A DNA stretch of 64,000 nucleotides, from NCBI GenBank assembly GCA_046538235.1, contig JBKHJG010000006.1, positions 54,630-118,629 of the forward strand. Reading direction: 5' to 3'. Shown here piece after piece: positions 1 through 7,565 of this stretch. Position numbers and translations under genes: made by a program. Each line of letters begins with the position of its first letter. The first letter of the stretch is position 1. The notes beneath the pieces were generated by a model, which was given only the letters and a program-made list of their open reading frames with translations, did not search any database and was not told the DNA's origin. This stretch comes from Dehalococcoidia bacterium. Lineage in GTDB: Bacteria > Chloroflexota > Dehalococcoidia > GIF9 > AB-539-J10.

Positions 1-1399
1 GTATTCCTGAGTGAAAGAAGGTGGAGTCGCCCAGGTGGGCTATTATGGGCGCGTCCACGACGTGGGCCATGCCGTTGGCCAGGCCGAAGCTTCCGCCCAT
101 GCAGATGCAGGTATCAACAGCCTCTTGGGGCGGGTTGAGGGCCAGGGTGTAGCAGCCGATATCGCCGGGGTAGATGGGCTCCACCCCCTGGCCATAGTCC
201 CTGGCCACCCTCTGTGCGGCGGCGGTGATGGCGCGGAAGGAGGCGCGGTGGGAGCAGCCGGGACAGAGGGCCGGCGGCCTCGAGGGCAGGAGCGAGGCAG
301 TCTCCTGCTCCAGTCTGTCCAGGGCGGCGAAATCGACCGGCGGCTTGCCTCCGGTCAGCGTGGCAATGGCCTCGGTAACCCGTCTGGTCGATAACTCTCC
401 TATGCGGGGCAGGTGGTCCTTGCCGTGGACCCGGACCGGAAGATTATGTTCACCGGCGATGGCCTTCACGTGAAGCTCGACAAAGGGGTCCAGTTCCTCC
501 ACCACCAGTACCTCCGGTACCGACTCCAGCAGCTTCATTAGCAGTCCCCGGGGGAGGGGGTGGGGGGTCCCGATCTTCAGCATGGAGACACTGTCCTCCA
601 GTGCCAGCCAGCTCAGCGCCTCCAGGGCATAGCTATATGACAGCCCGCAGGCGATGATGCCCAGCCCGGCCCCATCCACCAGGTGCAGTTGATTGTAGGG
701 CAGGGTATCGGCGGCCTTTCTTATGCTCTCGAATCTCTCCAGCATGAGAGGCTTGTTGATCCTGGCCACTCGGGGAACATAGGCCAGGCGGTCGGGGTCC
801 TTGTGGAAGGAGCCCTTTCTCCTTTCCCGCGAAATATCGCCCAGGACGATGTCGCCCCGCCCGTGGCCGATCCTGGTCACCGACCTGAGCATAAAGAGCT
901 GTCCGAATTCTTCCGACAGCCGGAAGGCGTCGGCCATCATATCTTTGGCTTCCTGGACGGAGGATGGCTCCAGGACAGGAATATAGCCCTGCAGCGCTAC
1001 GTAGCGGCTGTCCTGCTCGTTCTGCGAGCTCCAGGCCCAGGGGTCGTCTGCCGAGACAAGGACCAGTCCTCCCCGGGCGCCGATATGGCTGGCGGTCATC
1101 AGCGGGTCGTGGGCCACGTTCACGCCAACGTGCTTCATGGCCGCCATGGCCCTCACCCCGCAGATCGAAGCGCCCAGGGCGACCTCAAGGGCCACCTTCT
1201 CGTTGGTGGACCATTCGACGTACATATCCAGTTCGCGGGCCACCCCGGCCAGGGTCTCCACGATCTCGCTGGAGGGGGTGCCGGGATAGGCAGCGGCGAC
1301 CTGGACGCCGCCCTCAATTGCGCCCCTGGCTATGGCCTCATTGCCCAGTGCGAACAGCCTCTGTCCGGGAGCGTCGGAGCTAATGCGCAGTTCCTTCAA
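1..1399 (-). CDS. iorA: Indolepyruvate:ferredoxin oxidoreductase alpha subunit. N-terminal ~466 codons are present; the 3' end runs off the window.
   Basis: Absent from the ORF track because it has no stop inside the window. Hand translation of the minus strand from TTG at 1399 (GGAGG at 1409-1405, 5 nt spacer) gives MKELRISSDAPGQRLFALGNEAIARGAIEGGVQVAAAYPGTPSSEIVE...ADDPWAWSSQNEQDSRY...CPGCSHRASF...GDIGCYTLA...GDSTFFHSGI. This is the layout and motif set of IorA-type TPP enzymes. The + strand ORFs 11-394, 683-1519 and 964-1383 are its antisense shadows. Confidence 0.8.
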   Translation of the reverse strand, partial: MKELRISSDAPGQRLFALGNEAIARGAIEGGVQVAAAYPGTPSSEIVETLAGVARELDMYVEWSTNEKVALEVALGASICGVRAMAAMKHVGVNVAHDPLMTASHIGARGGLVLVSADDPWAWSSQNEQDSRYVALQGYIPVLEPSSVQEAKDMMADAFRLSEEFGQLFMLRSVTRIGHGRGDIVLGDISRERRKGSFHKDPDRLAYVPRVARINKPLMLERFESIRKAADTLPYNQLHLVDGAGLGIIACGLSYSYALEALSWLALEDSVSMLKIGTPHPLPRGLLMKLLESVPEVLVVEELDPFVELHVKAIAGEHNLPVRVHGKDHLPRIGELSTRRVTEAIATLTGGKPPVDFAALDRLEQETASLLPSRPPALCPGCSHRASFRAITAAAQRVARDYGQGVEPIYPGDIGCYTLALNPPQEAVDTCICMGGSFGLANGMAHVVDAPIIAHLGDSTFFHSGI

Positions 1400-1705
1400 G
1401 CTAGCCTCCTTTCTGTGGCTGATGGCGGTCCTCCGATGGAAAGAACTATAACTGGGGCAGAGAAACTTTTCCACCCGTTGTTGCAGTGGGGTGACTCACA
1501 TGGTACTGTGGGAGCATGAACCGGCCTGCGGCAGGCTGTTCGGCGGAGCGCCTGCGGAATGCCGGGGGGATCCGGCACTGCAACCTTTTTCGGCGGGCGG
1601 CATTACAGTAATCGACCGCCCGGCAGGCCGAAGGCGGAAGGGTGGAGTTTGCCCCGGGCATTGGTGGCCGGGCGTCAGGGACTATTCGCCAAGAGGAGGT
1701 GCAGA

Positions 1706-2455
1706 ATGAGAATGAGAGCACTGCTTATTTCGGCCATGGTGGTGCTGGCAGCGGTCGTGATCGGTTGTCCCGATTCCGGACCGAAGCTCCCGCCCATGAG
1801 CCTGGAATTCGATTTCCGTGATGGCGAGGGGGGCTGGGAGGCCGGCTTTGCCGAGTACGCTCCCGACATGGAGGAGACGATGCAGCTCGAGGCAGGGATA
1901 AGGCCGTTGCCGTCCGAGCTGGAGATGGAGGGCACCGGCTTCTATGTGAAGGGCAACAACTCGTCCGACGACCTGTTCATGTTCCTCAAGCGCAGGTTGG
2001 GTGCCGATGACGGCCTGACTGCCGGTCAGGAATACCGCGTGGAGTTCACCATCGTCTTTGCCTCCAACGCGCCCAGCGGGGCCGCCGGGATCGGGGGCGC
2101 TCCCGGCGAGTCGGTGTTCCTCAAGGCGGGTGCCTGCGCGGTCGAGCCCGAGGCGCACCTTGATCCTGCCATGGATTATTACCTTATGAATGTGGACAAG
2201 GGAGAGGGCAACAGCGGTGAGGGGCCGGCGGCCACGGTTGCCGGCAACATCGCCAACGGGCTTCCCGCCGAGGAAGTCGACCCCGGGGAGGCGCCCTACG
2301 TTTCGGTGGAGCGCAGCCACGTGCACACATACAGCGTGACGGCCGGCCCGGAGGGCGAGTTGTGGCTGCTGGTCGGTACGGACTCCGGGTTTGAGGGGCT
2401 CACCGCCATCTACTATCAGTGCATAGAGGTGACCCTGACGCCGGTAAGTTCTTAG
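1706..2455 (+). CDS. Hypothetical secreted lipoprotein
   Basis: The ATG at 1706 is preceded by AAGAGGAGG (1691-1699). The N-terminus MRMRALLISAMVVLAAVVIGC has a signal peptide and a lipobox-like VIGC. I recognise no family for the rest. The upstream part of track ORF 1559-2455 lacks coding character. Confidence 0.55.
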   Translation: MRMRALLISAMVVLAAVVIGCPDSGPKLPPMSLEFDFRDGEGGWEAGFAEYAPDMEETMQLEAGIRPLPSELEMEGTGFYVKGNNSSDDLFMFLKRRLGADDGLTAGQEYRVEFTIVFASNAPSGAAGIGGAPGESVFLKAGACAVEPEAHLDPAMDYYLMNVDKGEGNSGEGPAATVAGNIANGLPAEEVDPGEAPYVSVERSHVHTYSVTAGPEGELWLLVGTDSGFEGLTAIYYQCIEVTLTPVSS

Positions 2456-2561
2456 CCGCCCCATCGATCGTGCCTGAGGGCTGCGGATGCCGAGGGGGCC
2501 CGGGCTGCGCACCAAGTCCCTGGAGTGCTGTCGACTCCACTATGGTGCTATCCCGCGGGCA

Positions 2562-2777
2562 TAACACTTGAGGCCTGGCAGGTCTGGTCGGCACGGTGTC
2601 CCTCGAAATCATGGACCGGCATCCAGATCTCCCCCACGAGGCCACGATAACGAGCAGGGAGCCATTGCTCAACCCGGCGATCTGGTAGACAACGGGACTG
2701 ACCTCGCGCCCCAGGCTTTGTTCGGCCGGCGTGAGGAGCGAGACCACGTTGCCAAAAGAGATATTGCCGACCACCAT
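2562..2777 (-). pseudogene. Collapsed relic of an MNT (nucleotidyltransferase) / HEPN cassette
   Basis: The minus-strand translation MVVGNISFGNVVSLLTPAEQSLGREVSPVVYQIA matches the C-terminal part of the intact NTase at 5417-6016 (MVVGTISFGDVVALLTPAEQSLGREVSPVVYQIA). At DNA level 2681-2790 aligns closely by eye with 5531-5640. In another frame it joins directly to VEQWLPARYRGLVGEI, matching the HEPN tail VAQWLRAHYRGLASDI at 5201-5250. The interior is deleted. Confidence 0.5.
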
Positions 2778-2919
2778 CAGGTCATGGTGGGCGAAATCGG
2801 CGTGGTATCCCCGGAGTCGGCCGGAGAGGGGGAGCGTTGGGCAGGCGGATACGATTGCACTGATGCGCTTACAAGTGCTAGAATGGGACCAGCAGCCTCA
2901 AGAATGAGGTGTCATCGGG

Positions 2920-3207
2920 GTGTCTATGGTAACGGCTAAGGAATGGTTTACAGTTGAGGAAGCTGCCGAATATCTGCGCGTATCCAGGAGGACTATATAC
3001 AAACTGACCGAGCGGGGCTGTCTGCCGGCCTTTCGTATCGGTAGCCAACGCCACCGCCGTTTCCGCAGGGAGGACCTTGACAGCGCGCTGCGTCCGGACG
3101 GAGAAGTTGCCGTGCGACATGGCCTGCTCAGACTGACGGCAGAGGCCGACCCGGTACTGGCCGAGGTGTGGGACAATGAGAAGGACGCGGCATATGACCG
3201 AATATAG
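2920..3207 (+). CDS. HTH (excisionase/MerR-like) DNA-binding protein, putative antitoxin of the downstream MazF-like toxin
   Basis: WFTVEEAAEYLRVSRRTIYKLTERGCLPAFRIGSQRHRRFRREDLD is a typical excisionase-family HTH. The gene overlaps the toxin gene by 14 nt (toxin ATG 3194, antitoxin TAG 3205-3207). The start could be GTG 2920 or ATG 2926. Confidence 0.6.
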   Translation: MSMVTAKEWFTVEEAAEYLRVSRRTIYKLTERGCLPAFRIGSQRHRRFRREDLDSALRPDGEVAVRHGLLRLTAEADPVLAEVWDNEKDAAYDRI

Positions 3208-3535
3208 TCGTGGCGACGTAGTCCTGGTGGGCTTTGTGTTCTCCGACGAGACGGGAGAAAGACGGCGGCCGGCGGTCATAGTGAGCTCAGAGGCTTATCA
3301 CGGAAGCCGTCAGGAGGCCATAATCGCGGCCATCACCAGTAGAACGGACAGGATACTGGCAGGCGACCATCCCGTTACCGATTGGCAGGGTGCCGGACTC
3401 CTCTTCCCATCTGTGGCCACGGGCATCATAAGAACTATCAAGCGGGGCATGATCGCTCGAAGGCTGGGGACCATGTGCAAGGCCGATATGACAGCTATAG
3501 ATGACAAGCTGCGGACAGCCTTAAGCCTGAGCTGA
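3194..3535 (+). CDS. PemK/MazF-family toxin (type II TA endoribonuclease)
   Basis: MTEYSRGDVVLVGFVFSDETGERRRPAVIVSS...AIIAAITSR...GLLFPSVATGIIRTI...RRLG follows the MazF/PemK SH3-like barrel pattern (GDVV.V.F......KRRPAVV.S, ITS). Start chosen at ATG 3194 within track ORF 3176-3535. Confidence 0.75.
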   Translation: MTEYSRGDVVLVGFVFSDETGERRRPAVIVSSEAYHGSRQEAIIAAITSRTDRILAGDHPVTDWQGAGLLFPSVATGIIRTIKRGMIARRLGTMCKADMTAIDDKLRTALSLS

Positions 3536-3945
3536 ACAGCATTATCGCAACGCAACGCCTGCTCCCGGCGGCCAGAAGATCAGGCATGTTGCGCCGGCCA
3601 GAGCCCGCACAAGTTCGCCCGGTATTTCGGTGATCCGCAGCAATACAGGGGGCTCTTGACCGGCAAGGCAGCCGGTAAAGCAGCGGGCTATGGCGGACTG
3701 GTAGAGGTAACGGCCGGCGATGCGAAGATCGTGTTCGGTGACTGGGTCAATCTAAGGTACTACAGCAGGGGTGAGCAACTGCCGGACAGGCAGCAGTTAC
3801 TGCTTGTGTTCGATGGCGGTTGGTCCCTCGTTGGCTCCGTCCAGATGTACGGTGGGCTGTGGTCCTGTGACCACCGGTATCGTGCGCCGTCGCTCTTGAG
3901 AATGAGCCAGTGGGTGGAAGAAACGGCGTGGTCGCCGTAAGTATT

Positions 3946-4782
3946 ATGGACGTTAGGACCTTTGAGAACAATGCCGGGGCATTCTACGACACAGCCCTGC
4001 CCTATCTAACCGATGCTGAGGCCGAGAACGTTCTGCTCATAGGCGTATCATCCAGACTGGCGACCGAACCTGCGATGGACTCGCCCCAATCGTTCTTCTG
4101 GACCGTCCGGGATGGTGGCGAGGTGTGTGGAGCTGCCATGTGGACTCCTCCGCATGACCTCATATTGTCACATCCGCTTTCCGACGCCGCAGTTGGCATC
4201 CTGTGCGAGTCGCTCCTGGGGATGGAGTTGGCCTTGCCGGGGGTGCTCGGCCCGGACTATGCGGCGAGCGAATTCGCTGGCAGGTGGACGGCGGGAGGAA
4301 CTGCAAGGGCTGATCTGTGGCGGAGGGAACGCATCTATCGTCTGCAGCAAGTGGAGCCCTTCCCTGTCCCGGGGGGTACTATAGTGCAGGCAGAGGAGGA
4401 CCATGTATCCGGCCTGACAGGGTGGTTGGACGGCTTTTTCAGAGAGGTGGGCGAAGAGGGTGACCCATCAGCTGTGTTGAGTACTGCGGTTGCAGCCGGC
4501 AGGCTTTTCCTGTGGTGGCGCCGGAAGCCTGTCTCAATGGCGGCATCAACCAGACCCACGCCGAACGGGGTGTGCATCAATCTGGTCTACACTCCGCCCG
4601 AAGAAAGGCGCCGGGGCTATGCGACGGCGCTAGTGGGCACCCTCAGCCGCATGCTGTTGGGGCAGGGGAGGTCCTTCTGTGCGCTATACACCGATCTAGC
4701 CAACCCGACGTCGAACAGCATGTACCGGCGAGTGGGCTACGTGCCGATTCTAGACTGTCATCACTACCGGTTCGTGGGCTGA
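3946..4782 (+). CDS. GNAT-family N-acetyltransferase
   Basis: The C-terminal part VYTPPEERRRGYATALVGTLSRMLLGQGRSFCALYTDLANPTSNSMYRRVGY carries the acetyl-CoA binding R-x-x-G-x-A motif of GNATs. Start chosen at MDVRTFENN (ATG 3946). Confidence 0.7.
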   Translation: MDVRTFENNAGAFYDTALPYLTDAEAENVLLIGVSSRLATEPAMDSPQSFFWTVRDGGEVCGAAMWTPPHDLILSHPLSDAAVGILCESLLGMELALPGVLGPDYAASEFAGRWTAGGTARADLWRRERIYRLQQVEPFPVPGGTIVQAEEDHVSGLTGWLDGFFREVGEEGDPSAVLSTAVAAGRLFLWWRRKPVSMAASTRPTPNGVCINLVYTPPEERRRGYATALVGTLSRMLLGQGRSFCALYTDLANPTSNSMYRRVGYVPILDCHHYRFVG

Positions 4783-4830
4783 CGCTGCTGCGGCAGGACA
4801 TCACACTGAGCGGTGCAACCGCTGTCAGCC

Positions 4831-4989
4831 TCATCTCAGGTATGCGATGATGGCCATCACGCCGATGATGATGAGGTAGATGCCAACCAGATAATTCAGT
4901 ATCTTGGGGAAGATCATAACAATGACGCCGAAAATAAGGCTGGCGATCCCCATCCAGAGGCCGAGGGCTGGAAATCCAACTGCTGGCAT
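4831..4989 (-). CDS. Small two-helix membrane protein, DUF3096-like (52 aa)
   Basis: Not in the ORF track because it is under 60 aa. Minus-strand ATG at 4989 with AAAGGAGG upstream. Translation MPAVGFPALGLWMGIASLIFGVIVMIFPKILNYLVGIYLIIIGVMAIIAYLR, stop TGA at 4833-4831. Confidence 0.6.
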   Translation of the reverse strand: MPAVGFPALGLWMGIASLIFGVIVMIFPKILNYLVGIYLIIIGVMAIIAYLR

Positions 4990-5200
4990 TGAACATTACC
5001 TCCTTTGCAGCCCGGTGGGGCTGCGAACGTTCGGGCTTGATACCCGGGTAGTACTTATAACAGCTACCCATAGTCTTGTCAATACCTGTTCAGGTCCAGC
5101 GGATTCCCTGGGATTGTGGGGAGATGTGTCCTGATTTGTGGCAGGCGTGATCCTTCACCTTGTAAAGGATGGTGTCCCCGGAATCTGCATGCACCGTCGT

Positions 5201-5442
5201 CTAAATGTCGCTGGCAAGGCCTCGATAATGAGCACGGAGCCATTGCGCAACGTCGTCGCGGAGTTGTTTCGCCAGTGCTATCATCTCTTCTGCTTCTTGT
5301 TCAGTGGCGAGTCTGGACCGAGTCCGATTATTCGGACTGTTTCCAGGTCACGATCACAGATGTGCAACAGTTCAGCAATTTCGCCTGCCGATGGGCGGTG
5401 TCTCACAATCAGTTTGTCATTCAGCCAGTTTTCTAAGCTCAT
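5201..5442 (-). pseudogene. HEPN-domain toxin gene partnered with the upstream NTase, disrupted by frameshift and internal deletion
   Basis: From ATG 5442 (overlapping the NTase 3' end): MSLENWLNDKLIVRHRPSAGEIAELLHICDRDLETVRIIGLGPDSPLNKKQKR, stop at 5283-5281. A different frame then continues TEQEAEEMIALAKQLRDDVAQWLRAHYRGLASDI to TAG 5203-5201. N- and C-terminal HEPN helices are present, but the central part that normally carries the R-x4-6-H motif is missing. Confidence 0.55.
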
Positions 5443-6016
5443 CTTCATCGCCTATGATGAATATCTTCTCATCCTCAAGCACGGTCTTGACGAAATGATG
5501 GTCCTCTTTGAGCTTCTTCTTGAATTCGGCGATCTGGTAGACAACGGGACTGACCTCGCGCCCCAGGCTTTGTTCGGCCGGCGTGAGGAGCGCAACCACG
5601 TCTCCAAAAGAGATCGTGCCTACCACCATCAGGTCAATGTCGCTTCTTCGGTCATCGGCACTCCTGGCTATCGAGCCGAAGATAAAAGCTACCCGTATTT
5701 TGTCCGCATTGACTGCTAGAGATTGCCTGATGACATCAGCCACGCCGAAGGTTTTCCTCACGATGCTCTTGAGCTCATCGAAAATAGGGCACCGGGCATT
5801 GGCCCGGTAATATACCTGCCTCCCTTGAACTTCCCGGACGATTATGCCCGCATCCGTCAAGTTTTTCAGCTCCCGTTGCACCGTTCCCCGTCCGATTTTC
5901 ACGGCGTCCAGTATTTGCTTAGTATAGAAGGAGCTATCTGCTCGCCCGTAGAGGAGCGCAAGGACAGCCTGCCGTGTTTTGCCGAAGAGGCCGCTGCCTA
6001 ACAAGTTCTCATTCAT
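5417..6016 (-). CDS. Winged-HTH (ArsR-like) + nucleotidyltransferase-domain protein (MNT-type antitoxin-like)
   Basis: N-terminal wHTH: TRQAVLALLYGRADSSFYTKQILDAVKIGRGTVQRELKNLTDAGIIVREVQGRQVYY. This is followed by the minimal NTase signature FIFGSIARSADDRRSDIDLMVV (GS-x10-D-x-D). Confidence 0.75.
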   Translation of the reverse strand: MNENLLGSGLFGKTRQAVLALLYGRADSSFYTKQILDAVKIGRGTVQRELKNLTDAGIIVREVQGRQVYYRANARCPIFDELKSIVRKTFGVADVIRQSLAVNADKIRVAFIFGSIARSADDRRSDIDLMVVGTISFGDVVALLTPAEQSLGREVSPVVYQIAEFKKKLKEDHHFVKTVLEDEKIFIIGDEDELRKLAE

Positions 6017-6018
6017 AG

Positions 6019-6060
6019 ATATTACCCATTTCGGGTAACATATTACCCATATTGGGTAAC
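6019..6060 (-). promoter_or_regulatory. Two tandem 21-bp operator-like units, each containing the inverted repeat TTACCC-N5-GGGTAA
   Basis: ATATTACCCATTTCGGGTAAC (6019-6039) is followed immediately by ATATTACCCATATTGGGTAAC (6040-6060). They lie directly upstream of the wHTH-NTase start codon at 6016. Confidence 0.5.
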
Positions 6061-6503
6061 AGAATCAAGTATCAGCCACTGCCAGATCTCTTCGTATGTG
6101 TTTCTATGTGTCTCACACTCCAGCGTGTTCTGGTGGCATAATGCCTGATTTGTGGCAGGCCTGATGTTCGGTATATCTCCCTGGAAGCAACGCATCTTGT
6201 CCTCTGTCCTGGCCGACGGTTAGGAACTTGTGCTCATGTTCATGCTGCATGTTCACCTGCGGGCAATTCGCTTCCGGTGGGAGGGTCCAACGGAGGGGTG
6301 GCGCGAGATGACCATTCAGCTGGCAGCCGAATGAGGGCCAAGGGCAGGTCCTTCGGGTGACGCCCCGCTTCACGCTTTGCTGACGGGCAGTATCGGGCCC
6401 CGCTACAACTGTTTGACAAAGGGTACAGTCTGTGTTATTGTTAGACCATAATCACGATGAGAGGCCAATCTGTGGGTTTGTCCCACAGCAATGCCTCTCC
6501 TTT

Positions 6504-7007
6504 TCATTTCTGGGCACCAGTATATTCCAGCCTCTTCCTCAGATTGTTCATGAAGATGATGTGCGGCATCAGTTGCCGAAACAGCGATGAAAAGCCGTCC
6601 TTATTGGGGATCATTAGCTTTAGCAGCTTAGACTTCTTTCTCAGATAATCGACGAGGCAGTACAGATCACCATCTCCGGTGACGATCAGAGCCTTATCGT
6701 AGTTTTCATATTCAATCATGGCATGGAGCACCAACTCGGCGTCGACATTCCCTTTTACCTTTCCGCCGGGGAGCTTGAGAGTCGGCTTGAAGACGAGAAT
6801 GTAGCCCGACTTCTGCAGGCTAACATAGAGGTCCCGGTACTCATAGACATAGCCGATGAAGAGAAACGCCCTGGTTATGCCGTACTTGCGTTCAAGGTAA
6901 TGCCTGAATCGTCGGAAGTCCAGCACCCATCCCTGCTCACGAATTGAGAGGTTAAGATTCTGGCTATCGATAAAGGCGTAGTTGTTCTGCGGTCTTTGCA
7001 TGACCAT
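6504..7007 (-). CDS. NYN-domain (LabA/DUF88-like) protein, putative RNase
   Basis: NYAFIDSQNLNL...KVKGNVDAELVLHAM...ALIVTGDGDLYCLVDYL matches the NYN/PIN-like acidic motifs (D.QN, GNVD, SGDGD). Confidence 0.75.
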   Translation of the reverse strand: MVMQRPQNNYAFIDSQNLNLSIREQGWVLDFRRFRHYLERKYGITRAFLFIGYVYEYRDLYVSLQKSGYILVFKPTLKLPGGKVKGNVDAELVLHAMIEYENYDKALIVTGDGDLYCLVDYLRKKSKLLKLMIPNKDGFSSLFRQLMPHIIFMNNLRKRLEYTGAQK

Positions 7008-7565
7008 TCACCTGCGGGATACCTGGAGAGGATTACGTCCCTGGGACCCGAGGTCTGAGCGGTGCCTTCGGCTGCCATCTTTTCTATGAAGCCCGGGGTA
7101 GGACGCTTTCTCAGTGTTCCGGGTATCCCCCGGTATGCCCATCGGGTCTGTCTCTTTGCCCGGTACAGTGCAGGTCCTTGTGATCTGTCTGGACAGCCTG
7201 ATGCCCAGCAGCCAGACGGTCATATTCTGTCTGATTCCTTATACCATGATATGATAGCGGGCAGGCATTATCAAGGCCCGCCCGCTTGATCTCAGTATGG
7301 GAGATTGTAGTGCGTCCGCTCCTTTCTGAGAATCTCGATGCGAGCGTCTCCTCCTGGGCGGTACTCCGCAGTCCTGGCAAACTCAGCTAGCAACAGCTTG
7401 GTTATCGGTCGTGGCAAGATTGCGCGAAGTCTTCTCCCTCAGGAGATACAGAAGCCGGACGGCCATACCCTGCGATGTCGACCGTTATGGAAGTAGGCGG
7501 CAGCCATAGTGAACCATCTGTGGATGCTGGTAGGCCAGATTGGCATGGTCTCATCGGAGCTCGGA

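Noticed and set aside
683-1519. Long + strand ORFs (11-394, 225-473, 683-1519, 964-1383) at the left edge
   Set aside because: They are antisense shadows of the iorA gene on the minus strand. Their translations are Arg/Gly/Pro/Ala-rich with no recognisable motifs, whereas the minus-strand frame gives a clean IorA-like protein with an RBS.
1559-1705. N-terminal extensions implied by the ORF track for several genes (1559, 16082, 21054, 30768, 33407, 44468, 50983, 57021, 58262, 61743)
   Set aside because: In each case an internal start with a Shine-Dalgarno-like GGAGG/GAGG at proper spacing matches where homologous proteins begin. The extension either overlaps the neighbouring gene or has non-coding-like composition.
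3656-3940. 94-aa + strand ORF (TTG start) between the MazF toxin and the GNAT gene
   Set aside because: It has no RBS and no family resemblance, and its composition is unremarkable. It may be real, but I cannot support it.
5130-6160. The recurring hairpin motif downstream of cassettes as integron attC sites
   Set aside because: No intI gene or attI is visible, and no R''/R' core pairs (RYYYAAC ... GTTRRRY) flank the motif. There are only two exact copies. It is kept as a low-interest observation.
7008-7565. Possible small gene, tRNA or terminator in the gap between mod and the NYN gene, including the hairpin AGCGGGC...GCCCGCT at about 7258-7290
   Set aside because: No frame gives a recognisable protein (I read fragments such as ...LLAEFARTAEYRPGGDARIEILRKERTHYNLPY on the minus strand without a convincing start). 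There is no cloverleaf-like sequence. The hairpin lacks a U-tract and lies ~280 nt from the mod stop.
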